Shown here: positions 46,535-59,311 of the stretch, piece after piece | Numbering within the stretch: position 1 is the first letter of the stretch | How the letters are laid out: every line of letters starts with the position of its first letter | DNA from: the human T2T-CHM13v2.0 reference genome, Homo sapiens | Strand: one strand, 5' to 3' | DNA length: 64,000 nucleotides | Assembly: GCF_009914755.1 (NCBI RefSeq) | Contig: NC_060948.1 | The notes under the pieces: generated by a model | Seen by the model: the letters and a program-made list of their open reading frames with translations, nothing else | Database searches by the model: none | What the model was told of the DNA's origin: nothing | Made by a program: the position numbers and the translations under genes

Positions 46535-49500
46535 ATTTTTATTTCATAAGGAGACAGTTGATGTTTTCCAAAAGGGGTGGATTGGAATGTAAGCACCATT
46601 AGGGAGAGTGCTTTGAACCAGGGGAGGTGAAACACCTCCATGAACTTAGCCAATTATGTTTTGATTATTCCCTTTGTCCTCACCACTATGCCTGAGGATT
46701 GGGTATTGTAGGGACAATGGAAATGTTGAAATATGTCCAAATATTACAAATATTTTGACTAAGCTGGCCAGTAAAGTAAGTTCCCCATCACTGCGAAGTT
46801 CACAGGGGACTCCCCATGGTGGGATAATTTTTTCTTGTAGAATTTTTCTAACTGCCATGGCTACTGCTTGCCTGCAGGGAAAAGCTTTAACCCAGTGGAA
46901 AACATGCAAATAATTACTAAAACATACTTGTAACCTTAAGATAATAGCAGCTGGATAAAATCAAGCTGTGATACCTCAGAAAGTTTAGCCACAAAAGGAA
47001 ATTGACCCTGGGACCCTGGAGGAGCTTTCCTGGGCTATATTTGCGATGAATAACACATCAAAATTAAATCTTTCATGTCACTGTAAAGAATGGTTTTCAG
47101 TGACATTGTTTACATCAGGATAGGATATCATTTTATTTGGATTCTAATGGGATAATGAACATATTCCATAAAGAGCACCTGACATCCCTGTGGAATGTTT
47201 ATTATTAGGTACACATTATATTTCAATTTTGAAAGAAAAGTATCCCCTGCCTGTTTCCAAGTAGATTTCTCTTTTTTAGGAGTTATTCTCTGGGTTCCTT
47301 TCAACATGTTTATAAGTGTTTTAGGTTTTATGGCCATTTCCCAATTTGGAGCTGGTGGCTTGATTGCTGCTGTTTTAGCTGTAGCATCAGCCAATTGGTT
47401 ACCCTGACTTTCTGTGTTGTCTGATTATAAGTGACCTGAAATTTTTATAATGCCACACATTTTGGCCTTAGAATACCTTCTAACAGGTCTGATACTTTTC
47501 CATTTTTTATGGTTTGCCCTGAAACGGGTAAATATTCTGTCTCTTTTTAAAGCATTCCAAAGCCATCAGCAACCTCAAAGGCACAGCAGCTGTCAGTGTA
47601 AATGTTTGCAGTCTTTTCTTATGCCAATTGACAAGCTCAGGTCAGGGCAATCAGTTCAGCCCCTATAGCTGATCTGGCTTAAAGAAAAGGATGGATTTCA
47701 TTTACCTGTAGAAATGAAACCACAGCATATCCTGCTCTAAAATTTTCATCTTCTTTTCTTAAATAACACCCATCTGTATACCATTCTATCTCAACATTAT
47801 TCGGTGGTGTCTTTTGTAGGTCTGCCTTGGGGGATGAGAACTCAGTCAGTTATCAGAGCAGAGTTATGGGGCTTTGTCTGATAGGTCCAGCAAGAGAGTG
47901 GCCAACTTAAGATTGTAACAGTGGAAAATAGTAATATTAGGAGATGATAGCCAAATTTTATAAGACACTAACCAGTTGATGAAAAGATGTTGACTATGAT
48001 GAGATTAGAAGAGTCTCAAGAGAATGTGGCACAAAAATGTTAAGCAGGAAACCCATAATTATTTTTTCCACAGGCTTGTACAGAAGGGCTGTGGCTGCTA
48101 TTACTGTCACACAAGGAGTCAATTCTCAATCGATAGGGTCCATCTGTTGACTATAATAGTGTACTGGTCTCTGAAGATCACCGTGTTTCTGGGTCAGTAA
48201 CCTGGATGCAGTATCTCCAGTTTCTTGTATAAAAAGGGAGAAAGGTTATTTGTCATTTGGGTGCCCTGAGGCTGGGCCATAATTTGAGTTCTTTTCATTT
48301 ATTGTACTGCTGATTATCCTTATAGGGTACACATGATGGAATGAAGCTGACCATTTTTAGATATGCATTCAAAAGTTTAACCATGAGGAAGAAATTTGAC
48401 GTTCAGTTTCTGCAATAGCCTACCAGGCCCCCAAATTCTCTAAGTTGTTTCTTAGTGACAGTCATTAAGAAAGCTAAAATTCCTTTCACTCTGTCAGAGT
48501 TTACACTCAGTTCTTTGGCTGAGATAATACATCCCAAATATTTAACTTGCATTAAGCATAGCTGAAGTTTGTCTGTGATACTTTGGTTCTCTTGTTGGCT
48601 AACTGAACAAATATAAACTATCTTACTAAGAGAAAGATAATGAGTCTGAATAAAGGAGGAAGTAATCTATGTATTGAGTCCTGGGGAAAAATTCAATCCT
48701 TAATATTTGGGAAAAGTAAGTGGGACCTTCTGTATACCCTTGGGGCATTATCATTTATATATATAGCCATTGTTTCCAAATAAAGGAAAACAAAGACTGG
48801 ATGGATAGATCTACAGGGATACAAAAAAAAAAAAAAAAAAAGTCACTGAGGCGATCCACAACTGAGAAATAGTGAATCGCAGTTGTTATAAGTGATAGAA
48901 GGGTATGGGTTTGGGGACTATTGGGTGCCTGAGTATTATGGTATTGTTTATTGCCCTCAAGTCCTGCACAAATCTTCATCCTCTTCCACTTGATTTCTTT
49001 ACTGTGAATATAGGACTGTTGCAGGGACTTGTGCAGTGAAAAATAAGCCCCCTTTTTCAGATTATCTTGTATGGTAGGGGCAGTTCCATCTATGGCTTCA
49101 TGTTGTAGAGGATATTGTTTAAAGTTGGTAGGGATTTCTTTGGTTTTATCCCTGCCTTTTTTGGTGTGGCTAAGAATATTTTCCCTATATCAGTATTTGA
49201 CTGACCATAAATGGGAGGGAATATCCTTGAGCAAGTCTTCCATTTCTGGTGTTAATGAGAAAATAGGAAAAGCTAAAAGGAGTTTCATAGTTTCTTGTTC
49301 TTGATTGTGATAATTTCCCTTCTCTCCTAATATTTCCTCCTCTATCTTCATTTTATTTTCATAGTCACAAGATGATGTTTTACCATTACTAGTACTAAAT
49401 TGTGGCACATTGTAAGGACATTTTTTAATTTGGTATCTTTGGACCCCTGGCTCTAATTCTAAAAGAGCTTCACCTTTTGATGAAACAGAGATATGGGCAT

Positions 49501-49620
49501 TATGAATGTTGAGGAGATCATGATCCAAAATATTGGCAGGGGCCACAGGACACATAACAAACATATGGGACTCACTGAGTGTCACACTTAGAGCCTGCAG
49601 TTGTGGAACTGGAACCTGAT
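46535..49620 (-). pseudogene. Decayed ERV1 pro-pol (protease, RT, RNase H, integrase)
   Basis: CPVAPANILDHDLL (protease); MPQGYTEGP at 48722-48748 and QYIDY (RT); ADATAKTAA (RNase H); WVKAFPC...WGVPCELRSD...LSPYEI (integrase). Confidence 0.85.
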
Positions 49621-50219
49621 GAAATGATAAGTTATAAGTTTTGACTTAAGACATAAGATCATTTTATTAGACATATCCACCATGTTAATTTCTTTATTGC
49701 TCCATTCATCTTTATATATGTCTTCTGGATTTTTGGGTTCTGATTGTTATGGGTCTGTTGGGAACAGGACCCCCAGAATCTCACCACAAACTGGCCCCAA
49801 AACTGGCCATAAACAAAATTGCTGCAGCATTGTGACATGTTCATGATAGCCATGATGTCCACACTGAAGGTTGCAGGTTTACTGGAAAGAGGGCAAGGAA
49901 TTCCTGGCCCACCCAGGGCAGAAAACTGCTTAAAGGCATTCTTAAACCACAAACAATAGCTGTAAGACCCCTGATTTCCCACTCCACACCTCTATATTTC
50001 TTTGTGTGTGTGTCTAATTCCTTTAGCTCCTTTGGGTTAGTGTCTCCCCAAGTAAACTGGTCTCAGCAAGCAGTGCCCATACATGGGGGCTCGAATCCAG
50101 GCTGAAGGGTCGCTGGAGCGATGGTTGGAGAATGTGGAGCTAAGCTGGAGGACACCAGAATACTCTTAAAGCAATCCCTGTAGTGAGTAAGAAGGGGAGA
50201 TCGGAAGCATCAGGATGAC

Positions 50220-51480
50220 AATAGGGACAAGTGTGAGCTCTGGTTCATTCCACCTTGGAACATTTTCACACTGATGATGAGGGGGGAAAGAGAGTATAAC
50301 CAAGTAACAGAAGAGGTTACAGAGCAGTTTTGTTTGACAGCTAAAGCTAAAGTGGCAAAGGAGGGAGAGGTTCATCCCTACCCTTCTGCACCCCCTCATT
50401 TTTATTTTGAAGAAAAAGTCTTTTCTGACCCTCCAGATCTTTCTTTTCCAGAGGACACTGGGCGAAAAGTAGTTGCCCCAGTTTCTGTTCAAGCAGCGCC
50501 TCTAGCGACCACTCTCAGTTGTATTCAGGCAGGAATTCAGCAAGCTAGATGAGAGGGTGATATAGAGGCTTGGCAGTTCCCTGTTAGAATACACCCCCCA
50601 GATCAACAGGGAAATATTATAGCTACATATGAGCCTTTTCCCTTTAAATTACTCAAGGAATTCAAACAAGCTATTAATAAGTATGGACCAGGTTCTCCTT
50701 TTATAATGGGACTGTTAAAGAATGTTGCTATTTCCAGTCAGATGATTACTACTGACTGGGACACTCTTACTTGAGCTTGTCTAACTCCTGCTCAGTACTT
50801 AAAATTTAAAAATTGGTGGGCAGATGAAGCTTTCATTCAGGCTGCTGGCAACACCCAGGCCCAACCTCAAATTAATATAACTGCAGACCAACTTTTGGGG
50901 GTCAGTGGCTGGACTGGTTTAGATCTACAGTCATTATGGAGGATGATGCCATAGAACACCTTAGAGGAGTGTGCATTAGGGCTTGGGAACAAAAAATAAC
51001 TTCAGGTGGAGAATAATAGCCTTCCTTTAGGGCTGTAAAACAGCTGTATAAGTGCTGTAAAAAAGGTGATTGCACATTCAGCTGCTCAGATATAGTGTTG
51101 TGGTTATTACCTTTTGACAATACTAATTTTGACAGCCAGGCTGCTCTGCGACTTATTAGAGGGAAAGCACATTTAATTGATTATATCAAGCCACGTAATG
51201 GTATTGGAGGTAATCTGCATAAGGCTACTCTGCTTGCCCAGGCAATGGCAGGACTGAGAGTGGATAAAGGAAATACTCCACTTCCTGGAGCTTGTTTTAA
51301 CTGTAGGAAGCATGGCCATACTAAAAAAGAACATAGAAATAATCAGTGATTCAGGCCGCCAGATAGGTGAAAAAAGAAAACTGCTGAGCCTGAAATATGT
51401 CCAAAATGTAAAAAAGGAAATCATTGACCTAATCAGTGTCACTCTAAGTTTAATAAAGTTGGGAACCGATTTTGGGAAAT
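50220..51480 (+). pseudogene. HML-3 gag remnant
   Basis: IGGNLHKATLLAQAM; zinc knuckles CFNCRKHGH and CPKCKKGNH; stops present. Confidence 0.85.
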
Positions 51481-51559
51481 GCCATCAGGGGCCCATCCCA
51501 GGCCCCATTCCAAACCGGGGCATTTCCAGCTCTGGCCATTCCCTCACCTTTGTAAAATG

Positions 51560-52390
51560 TCTGTCTGATCCCACAGCTGATAGTGCTGCAGTAGATTTAT
51601 GCTGCACAAAAGCTGTGAGCCTTCTACCTAGGGAACCCCTGCAAAAGTTCCCAACAGGAGTCTGTGGATCCTTGCCAATGGGGATGATAGGATTACTTCT
51701 AGGACGGTCTAGTTTAAATTTTAAATGGGGTACAAATACATACAGGAGTCATTGATTCAGATTATAATGAGATACTCAAAATGTTATACCTGCTTCTGTT
51801 CCCTGGAATGCTGAGCCAGGAAAGCATATAGCACAGCTCCTGATTGTGCCATATGTGGAAATGGAGAAAAGTGAATTAAACAAATGGGAGGATTTGGAAG
51901 CACAAATAAACAAAGCAAAGCAGCTTATTGGGTAAATCAAATTACTGATGAACATCCTACCCATGAAATAACTATTCAGGAAAGAAATTTAAATATTTGG
52001 TAGATACCAGAGTGGACATTAAAATCATTTCTCTACAGCACTGGCCGTCCACGTTCAACCTGCTCAATTTAACATAGTTGGAGTTGGTAACTCCCCTGAA
52101 GTATGTCAAAGTAGTTATATTTTGCATTATGAAGGGACCTGATGGACACCCTGGGACTATGCAACCAATTATAACTTCTGTACCTATAAATTTATGGGGG
52201 AGAGATTTATTACAACCATGGGGAGCACAAGTTCTAATTCCAGAACAATTATATAGCCCTCAAATTCAACATATGATGCCTGAAATGGAGTATGTCCCTG
52301 GCATGAGACTAGGAAAAAATTTGCAAGGTTTGAAATAACCTCTTCAAGCAGAAAGACAATTTTCCCACCAAGGTTTAGGATATGAGTTTT
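51560..52390 (+). pseudogene. HML-3 dUTPase-protease remnant
   Basis: SAAVDL and LLGRSSLN (dUTPase); LVDTRVD (catalytic DTG mutated); INLWGRDLL. Confidence 0.88.
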
Positions 52391-54260
52391 GATGGTGACT
52401 ATTGTTAAAACTCCAGAACCTACGCCTTTAAAATGGTTAATAGATAAGCCAATTTGGATAGAACAAAGGCCGCTGAGTAAATAGAAAGGAGAGGCTTTGG
52501 AGGACTTAAAATTGACTTTTAATAGTCATAGATTTAAAAGACTGTTTCTTTACTATCCCCTTACCTAAGCAAGACTGTGAAAGGTTTGCATTTACAATTC
52601 CTGCAGTAAACAACGTGCAGCATGCTAAGAATTTTCATTTTTTTTGCAGATGGGTCTAGTAATGGTAAAACTTCTTATTCTGGCTCAAAAAGTAAAGTTT
52701 TCCAGATGCTCTATACTTCAGCTCAAAAAGCAGAGCTTGTAGCTGTAATTGAGGTATTGAGTGTTTTTGATATGCCTATTAATTGATTTCTGATTCTTCA
52801 TATGTGGTTCATTCCACACAGCTAATTTAAAATGCTCAGTTACAATTTCATACAGATAAACAACTGATGACAGAAACAAAAATGGGGGAGAAATAGGGAC
52901 TATGGGATAGCCCATACACAACTGAAACTAACATTATTAACTTTAAATGAGCCTGCCCAAAGGCCAGATGTTATCAGCAGCTGAACAGCATCTACAGAAA
53001 CCAGCTGCAAAGACAGAATCAGAACAACTGGTTCAATGGAGATATCCAATAACAAAAAGTTGGGAAATAGGTACAATAATAACTTGGGGTAGAGGTTATG
53101 CTTGTGTTTCTCCAGGCCAACATCAACAGCTGATCTGGATACCATCAAGACACCTGAAACCTTATCATGACCCAGATACCAAGGAAGAGATTCCAGGAGG
53201 ATCCTGAGACCCTGTGGTTGCAGCCATGTTGAGGGTGATGCTGAGGAGAACCCCAACTCTCATGAGCAATACCTATCAAACACAGCCACCCACCTGGGGA
53301 CAGATCAAGAAGCTGTCACAGATGGTGGAAGAAAACCTGAGGAAAGTGGGATAACCAGTCACAAAGAGTAATTTAATGGTAGCTATGATCATGATGATCA
53401 CCATTGCTGTGAGTATTCCTTCAACAAGAGCTGACACAGAGAACAATTATTAGGCATATTTATTAATCTTGGCTGGTAATAATGCCTGGATGTAATCACT
53501 CTATGACACAGTTACATATGCTTTCTGATCTCAGTATTTACCATAATAAATAAATAATAAATACCTAAAAAACCTATTTGTAAACAAAATTGAACCCAGT
53601 TAGAAATAATTAACATGCTTGTTTATGATGATTGCATTGCAGAACAAGCAGAGGTGCTGCACAATGATTCCTATGGAATCATTATTGTTTGGTCCCCTAA
53701 GGGGATATTTAGCTTGAATTGCTACTCTCAGTCTGTGTGCCATGGCCACACTATGTTTATCTGGTCTGAACAAAAGAGTCAGATGGTAGAAATGATAAGA
53801 AATATGGCATGAGTTCCTATTATCTGGAAACATGGCAGTATAGAGTCACCTCAACCTCAAATGATATGGACCATTGTAGGAGCTAAACACAAGAATTTGT
53901 GGAAAGTATTAATAGCTCTTAAAAAGACCAAAATTTAGGAAAGAATAAAAAAGCATCTAGAAGGAGACTCTACAAACTTGTCTTTGGATATTGCAAAATT
54001 AAAAGAACAAATATTTAAAACATCCCAGGCACACCTGACCTTAATGCCAGGAACTGAAGTGCTTGAAGGAGCTGCAGACAGATTAGCAGCTGGTAACCCA
54101 TTAAAATGGATCAAAACACTTGGAAGCACTGGACTTCAATGATGATTATGCTTTTAATCTGTGTTGTTTGTCTTTGTATACTCTGCACATGCAGATCCTG
54201 AATCCTGCAAGAAGTAGCTCACCGTGACAAAACTGCCTTTGCTTTCATTGCTTTGCAAAT
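52391..54260 (+). pseudogene. HML-3 pol and env remnants with large deletions
   Basis: [12 protein letters not shown] (RT); [10 protein letters not shown] (RNase H); WGRGYACVSPG (integrase C-terminus); PPTWGQIKKL (env leader). pol spans only about 0.8 kb. Confidence 0.85.
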
Positions 54261-54784
54261 CAAAGAAGGGGGACATGTTGGGAATAGGCCCTGCAAAGTC
54301 TGGCCAAAAACTGGTCCCAAAACTGTCCATAACAAAATATCTGCAGTTTTTGATGGCCATGATGCCCACACTGAAGTTTGTGTGTTTACTGGAATGACGG
54401 CAAGGAACACCTGGCACACCCAGGCAGAAAACCACTTAAAGGCATTCTTAAACCACAAACAATAGCTTGAGCTATCTGTGCCTTAAGAACATGCTGCTGC
54501 AGATAACTAGCCAGACCCATCCCTCTATTTTTGCCCATCCATTTACTTCCCATAAGGAATATTTTAGTTAATCTATAACCTGCAGAAACAATGCTTATCA
54601 CTGGCTTGCTGTCAATAAATATGTGGCTAAAATATGCGGCTAAATATCTGTTTGGGGCTCTCAGCTCTGAAGGCTGTGAGACCTCTGATTTCCCACTCCA
54701 CACCTCTATATTTCTGTGTGTATGTGTGTCTAGTTCCTCTAGCACCACTGGGTTAGGGTCTCCCCAACCGAGCTTGTCTTGTCA

Positions 54785-55558
54785 GGGCTCCATTGGGTTT
54801 TTATGGCTCAAATATGCTGTAAGGCCTGACTATTGTGCTTTTTTAAGCAATTATTTACCTTTAGCTTCTGAGACTAACATGAGCCATTGACCAGAATTGG
54901 TAGACAATTGCCAGTGTTTCCCCACTTGTTGCCAGTTTTTCCTGTAGGTCTTCCGCCTTTTCTATATCTTCCAGATGAGACACCTCCCATGGTGCTGACA
55001 CAGAATCCTCAGTCATAGGATCCTTGAAGTGATTCCCACCTGCTTTATATTGAGAGAGTGTTAAACATGCAGGAAAAGGGGAGCACAGGTCTGATCTGGG
55101 AAGTTCAGAGAGGTCAGGCCACAGTGGAGTTATAGGTGTGGGTGGTGGGGGTGCCAAGGAAGAAGTAAGGGATTCTGAAGATTTCTTTGAGATAAAAGAT
55201 TAGAGAGCTTTTGATTAACATTTCTAAGTTGCTTTTTCACCTCTTGTAGGGAGATCACATGGTCTTCACCCCTTTTGCTACTCTCCAGGTACCACTGAAA
55301 ATAACCTTTCCATTCTGGTTGCTTAGTTTCTGTGCCTGCATTTTCCATACTGGTTCAAAGGTACACTAATTTGAGAACCTCAAAATATCCCCATTTAGGC
55401 CATTGTAACTTAGAATCTGCTTTTGTTATTGTTGTCCACATAACTAAGTATTTCCATGATGATTCACTGTAAGTATTTTGCATATACCCTTTAGGAGTTT
55501 CTAAAAGGGGAATGTTATGTTCTGCATCTGCTGGGATCTTAGAGGCCTTTTTCCCCAT
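54785..55558 (-). pseudogene. ERV1 gag remnant (matrix, Pro-rich region, start of capsid)
   Basis: MGKKASK...LQWPKWGYF; PPPPTPITPLWPDLSELP. Confidence 0.75.
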
Positions 55559-56969
55559 AATTTAGGGTTTCTCTTTGGATTTTACCAAGTTGCGTCTTCT
55601 GTTGGACCAAAAATGTGTTGGTTGAAGACCTAGGTTTTCAAGGCTCTCCAAACCCCTGTACTGGTTTGGTTCACCCATGTTGCAGCTACCTGGCACAAAT
55701 ATGTCAGGGGATCAAAGTATGAGAGAGATTGGTTTCTTATATGCACGTGCCAGCTGAGATTAGTCCTTGAGTATGTTCTTCTGAGAAAGAAAAGCTATTT
55801 AGAACCACTGCATGTCTTAGAGCGCATTTCTCCCAAATGCCCTCACATGATTTTCAGTCACCTGAGAGTTCCCCAAATGGCTAAGGAAAGCAAGGTGTTT
55901 TATTTCTCTGGATTGGAAGAGTCCATACTTCTGAGCTGAGCTCAAGTGTTCAGAGTTGGTGAAATCTCATAGGAAACGACTGAAACATACATACACACAC
56001 ACACACACACAACAGAGACAAACAAAAACAATTAGGCAAAACTAACAATGATCACACAAAATATATGATTTCTGACCACTAAGTGTAAGCAGGAAACTAA
56101 CACCAGCTGGTTGTTAATGCTAATTTTAGTCATTTGAAAGAATCAGCAAGACAGAAGCCCAAACCAGTTTCTTACCTAGTGATGGGACCCAAGTTGGAAA
56201 CCACTCTCCACAAATGCAGAAGCAGACCAGCTTGACTTCCTTGATGAAAGTAAGTGGAAAAACTCCCACAGAAAAGAAATGTTTTAACAGCAAATAAACT
56301 GACCCCCAGCTGAAAAACTTTGGAAGATTCGGGATCCCTGGAGATAAGAGGTCCAGGAATTTAGCAAATTGTCCTGTCAGTTTAGGATAAAAGGTATCCC
56401 AGCCAATACCTAGCACTGAGAGGTGAAGTGCCACAGGCTGCAGGCCACAGGCCAGGTAACTTTCACTCAGGATCCCTCTATGGTTAGCAGATATCAGTAA
56501 AGAAAAATGACAAGAAAAAAAATCTCAATTATTTTAGGAGGTTTATTCGCTGGAGTTAAGGATGTGCCCAGGAGACAAGTTCTTGCCTTTTTCCAAAGAT
56601 AACTTTGAGAACTCCCAATTTAAAGAAAAAGATCCTAAGAAGCACACCGTTTTCATATAACCACAAGAGAGTATAAGAAAAATTTGGGGAATCTGAATTA
56701 TAAGTCAGATAACACAAACAAAATGGGGTAGGGGAACAATCAGACATGAATTTGTTTCTGGTGGGCTGGGGTGACTGTACCTGTCAAGATAAGCTATAAT
56801 TTTGAATTGCCATGGTGAAATTTTAAGAGCTCACTAGGAATTTCCTCGTGGGAAAAATAAGGGGTAGGAATGTAGCCTTTCACCTATTTAGGGACCAAAA
56901 GGAAGGGGCAGGTTTGTGTGGCCTAGTTACCAGCTTGACTTTTCCCTTTGGCTAATGAGTTTGGGGTCC

Positions 56970-56972
<3 letters not shown>

Positions 56973-57013
<41 letters not shown>

Positions 57014-57150
57014 TATATATATATGTGTGTATATATATAGGAACACATATATATACACTCACACATAAACACACATATATATACACATATATATGTATAC
57101 AGATATACACATATATACATACATATATGTATGTTTATATACTTTATATA
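56973..57150. repeat. (GT)17 plus compound TA/CA microsatellite inside the MER4 LTR
   Basis: Pure GT at 56973-57006, then mixed dinucleotides up to the Alu tail. Confidence 0.92.
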
Positions 57151-57154
57151 TAAT

Positions 57155-57449
57155 TTTATTTATTTATTTATTTTGAGATGGAGTCTTGCTCTGTCACCTG
57201 GGTTAAAGTGCAGTCATACAATCTCAGCTCACTGCAACCTCCACCTCCTGGGTTCAAGCAATTTTCCAGGCTCCCAAGTAGCTGGGATTACAGGTGTACA
57301 CCACAGCGTTCAGCTAAGTTTTGTATTTTTAGTGAAGACAGGGTTTCACCATGTTGCCCAGGCTGATCTTGAACTCCTGACCTCAGGTGATCCACTTACT
57401 TGGCCTCCCAAAGTGCTGGGATTACAGACATGAGCCACCATGCCCAGCC
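57155..57449 (-). mobile_element. AluSx-like
   Basis: (ttta)n tail; gaactcctgacctcaggtgatcc...gagccaccatgcccagcc. Confidence 0.95.
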
Positions 57450-58004
57450 ATTCCAAAACTGAATTTCCTTTCACAGTGTAAACAGACTGTAGCCCACTCT
57501 TGTGCCAATCAATGAATTTAGTCCAAAAAATAAGTGGTTCTACTGATAAAACTGTGTTTAAATAAAATCACTCTTGAGATGTAAGTGATCTGGATGTATC
57601 TGCATCTCATTTCTGTTTTCTGTATGTCATTTTGCTTTATTTCTCCATATATCTTATGTTACTCCACATTAGAAAACTACTACCAAATTTGTGAGTCATT
57701 TTTTCCCAATTATGCTTTGTTAAATTTCAGTTTTTAATCATTTTGAACACTTTTTGCATTTCTTTATTGATAAAAAATAATGTTGAGCTTTGATTTCCTA
57801 AACTCGTCCCTCAGTCATTTCCTTAAATTGTTGTTTTTCCAAGATGTTTCTGCAATTTGTTAAAGAAATTATTACCATCAGTAAACAATACTATATAGAC
57901 AAATATTAAAAAGGAGTCTGGCTTTTATTTCAGAAGTGTAAGTGACCGGGACTTCAAAAATTTAGAAAAGCTACCTAAGTAGTATGCTCTATGGAGGTTT
58001 ATTA

Positions 58005-58195
58005 TCTTTGAAGTCAGGCAGAGTTAAGCCTGAGTTCTAGTTCAGCCACTTATTAGCTGTGGGTCATAGAGCAAGTTTCTTGACTTGGAAAAGTTTTATA
58101 AATCTCACCCCCCCACAAAAAAAAACAAAAAAACAAACAAACAAAAAAACAAACAAACAAACAAAAAACAGCAGAATAATACTGATTACAGAAAA
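58005..58195 (+). mobile_element. MIR remnant with expanded (CAAA)n
   Basis: cctgagttctagttcagccacttattagctgtgggtcatagagcaagtt resembles the MIR core. Confidence 0.55.
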
Positions 58196-58339
58196 GGCAG
58201 GGTTTTTTTTTATTTTTTCTGTACCCATGCCTATTGAAAAGTACTCATACAGTTCTTTCCATTGAGAAGCTGTATCTGTTTTCCAAACCTTGTACCTGGC
58301 TATCCTTATTTGCTTAGAGCTATAGGAACACGTGAACAG

Positions 58340-58632
58340 TGGTGTTTGGTGGCTCACACCTGTGATCCTACATGTTGGCTGGCTGAGATGAGAGAATTAC
58401 TTGAGCTATAAGTTAAAAACCAGCCTAGAGAACATGGAAAGACCCTCTGTACATAAAAATATTATTGTAAGAAATCATTAGCTAGGCATGGTGGCAAAAA
58501 TCTGTAGTGCCAGTTCCTTAGGATACCAAAGTGAGAGAATTGCTTAAACTTTGGAAGTTAAGGCTGTCATTAGCCATGATCATGTGACTTCACTGAAGCC
58601 TGTATGGTTGAGCAAGACCCATTTTTAAAAAA
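58340..58632 (+). mobile_element. AluJ, highly diverged
   Basis: ggtggctcacacctgtgatcc...aattacttgagc...aggctgtcattagccatgatc. Confidence 0.85.
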
Positions 58633-58810
58633 GAAACAAATAAAGGAAGGAAGAAAAATGAAAGGAATGAAGAAAGGAAGAAAGGGAGAAATGAATGAAT
58701 AAGAACGAAATAGAAAGAAAAAAGAAAGAAAGACAAGAAGGAGAGAAAGAAAGAAAAAAGAAAACAAGATAGAAAGAGAAAGAAGGACAAGAAAGGACAA
58801 GAAAGAAGGA

Positions 58811-58858
<48 letters not shown>

Positions 58859-58880
58859 AAAGAACAAAGAGAAAGAGGAG
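58633..58880 (+). repeat. Purine-rich tract including (GAAA)13
   Basis: Pure GAAA at 58809-58860. Confidence 0.93.
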
Positions 58881-58889
58881 TATAAAAAT

Positions 58890-59180
58890 GGCCAGATGCA
58901 GTGGCTCACACCTGTAATCCCAACACTTTAAGAGGCTGAGATGGAAGATCACAAATCCAGAAGTTTGAGACCAGCCTGACCAACATGGTGAAACTCATTT
59001 ACACTAAAAATACAAAAAAATTAGCCTACCATGGTGGCACATGCCTGTAATCCCAGCTACTCAGGAGGCTGAGCCAAGAGAATCACTAGAGGCACAGGTT
59101 GCAGTGAGCCAAGATTGTGCCACTGTAATCCAGGCTGCATGACAGAGAAAGACTCTGTCTCAAAAAAAAAAAAAAAAAAA
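58890..59180 (+). mobile_element. AluS with purine-rich tail to ~59250
   Basis: ggccagatgcagtggctcacacctgtaatccc...gactctgtctc then poly(A). Confidence 0.93.
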
Positions 59181-59311
59181 GAAAAGAAAAAAAGATAAAG
59201 ACAAAAAAGAAAGAGAGAGAAAGAAAGGAAAGAAAGAATGAAAAGAAACAAATCTGTGAACATGAGTGTATGCTAATGCTAGTTTGGGGACTGAATTCAA
59301 AAGTTCTTGAA

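Larger units (their letters stand above)
49756..54784 (+). mobile_element. HERV-K(HML-3)/HERVK9 provirus with MER9 LTRs (49756-50068, 54276-54784), internally deleted
   Basis: tgttgggaacagg...ctggccccaaaactggccataaacaaaat; degenerate tRNA-Lys PBS at ~50071-50088; polypurine tract aaagaaggggga; betaretroviral gag-pro-pol-env motifs. Confidence 0.93.
41976..57475 (-). mobile_element. MER4-LTR provirus (3' LTR 41976-45651, 5' LTR 56492-57475)
   Basis: Two homologous LTRs (the 5' one begins TGTGAAAGGAAA on minus); exact GTGT TSD at 41972-41975 and 57476-57479; gag-pol-env remnants in the expected order. Confidence 0.9.
41886..57749 (+). mobile_element. MER57 LTR split into 41886-41975 and 57480-57749 by the MER4 provirus
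   Basis: ...gtaaactataactgaacGTGT | GTGTaaacagactgtagcccactcttgtgccaatc reads continuously as MER57. Confidence 0.8.

Noticed and set aside
51312-51755. 147-aa ORF as an active dUTPase
   Set aside because: Frameshifts after GRSSLN remove the later motifs; the N-terminus is out-of-frame gag sequence.
49750-54790. TSD of the HERVK9 provirus (tgggtc / gggctc)
   Set aside because: Only 4 of 6 positions match; not used as evidence.
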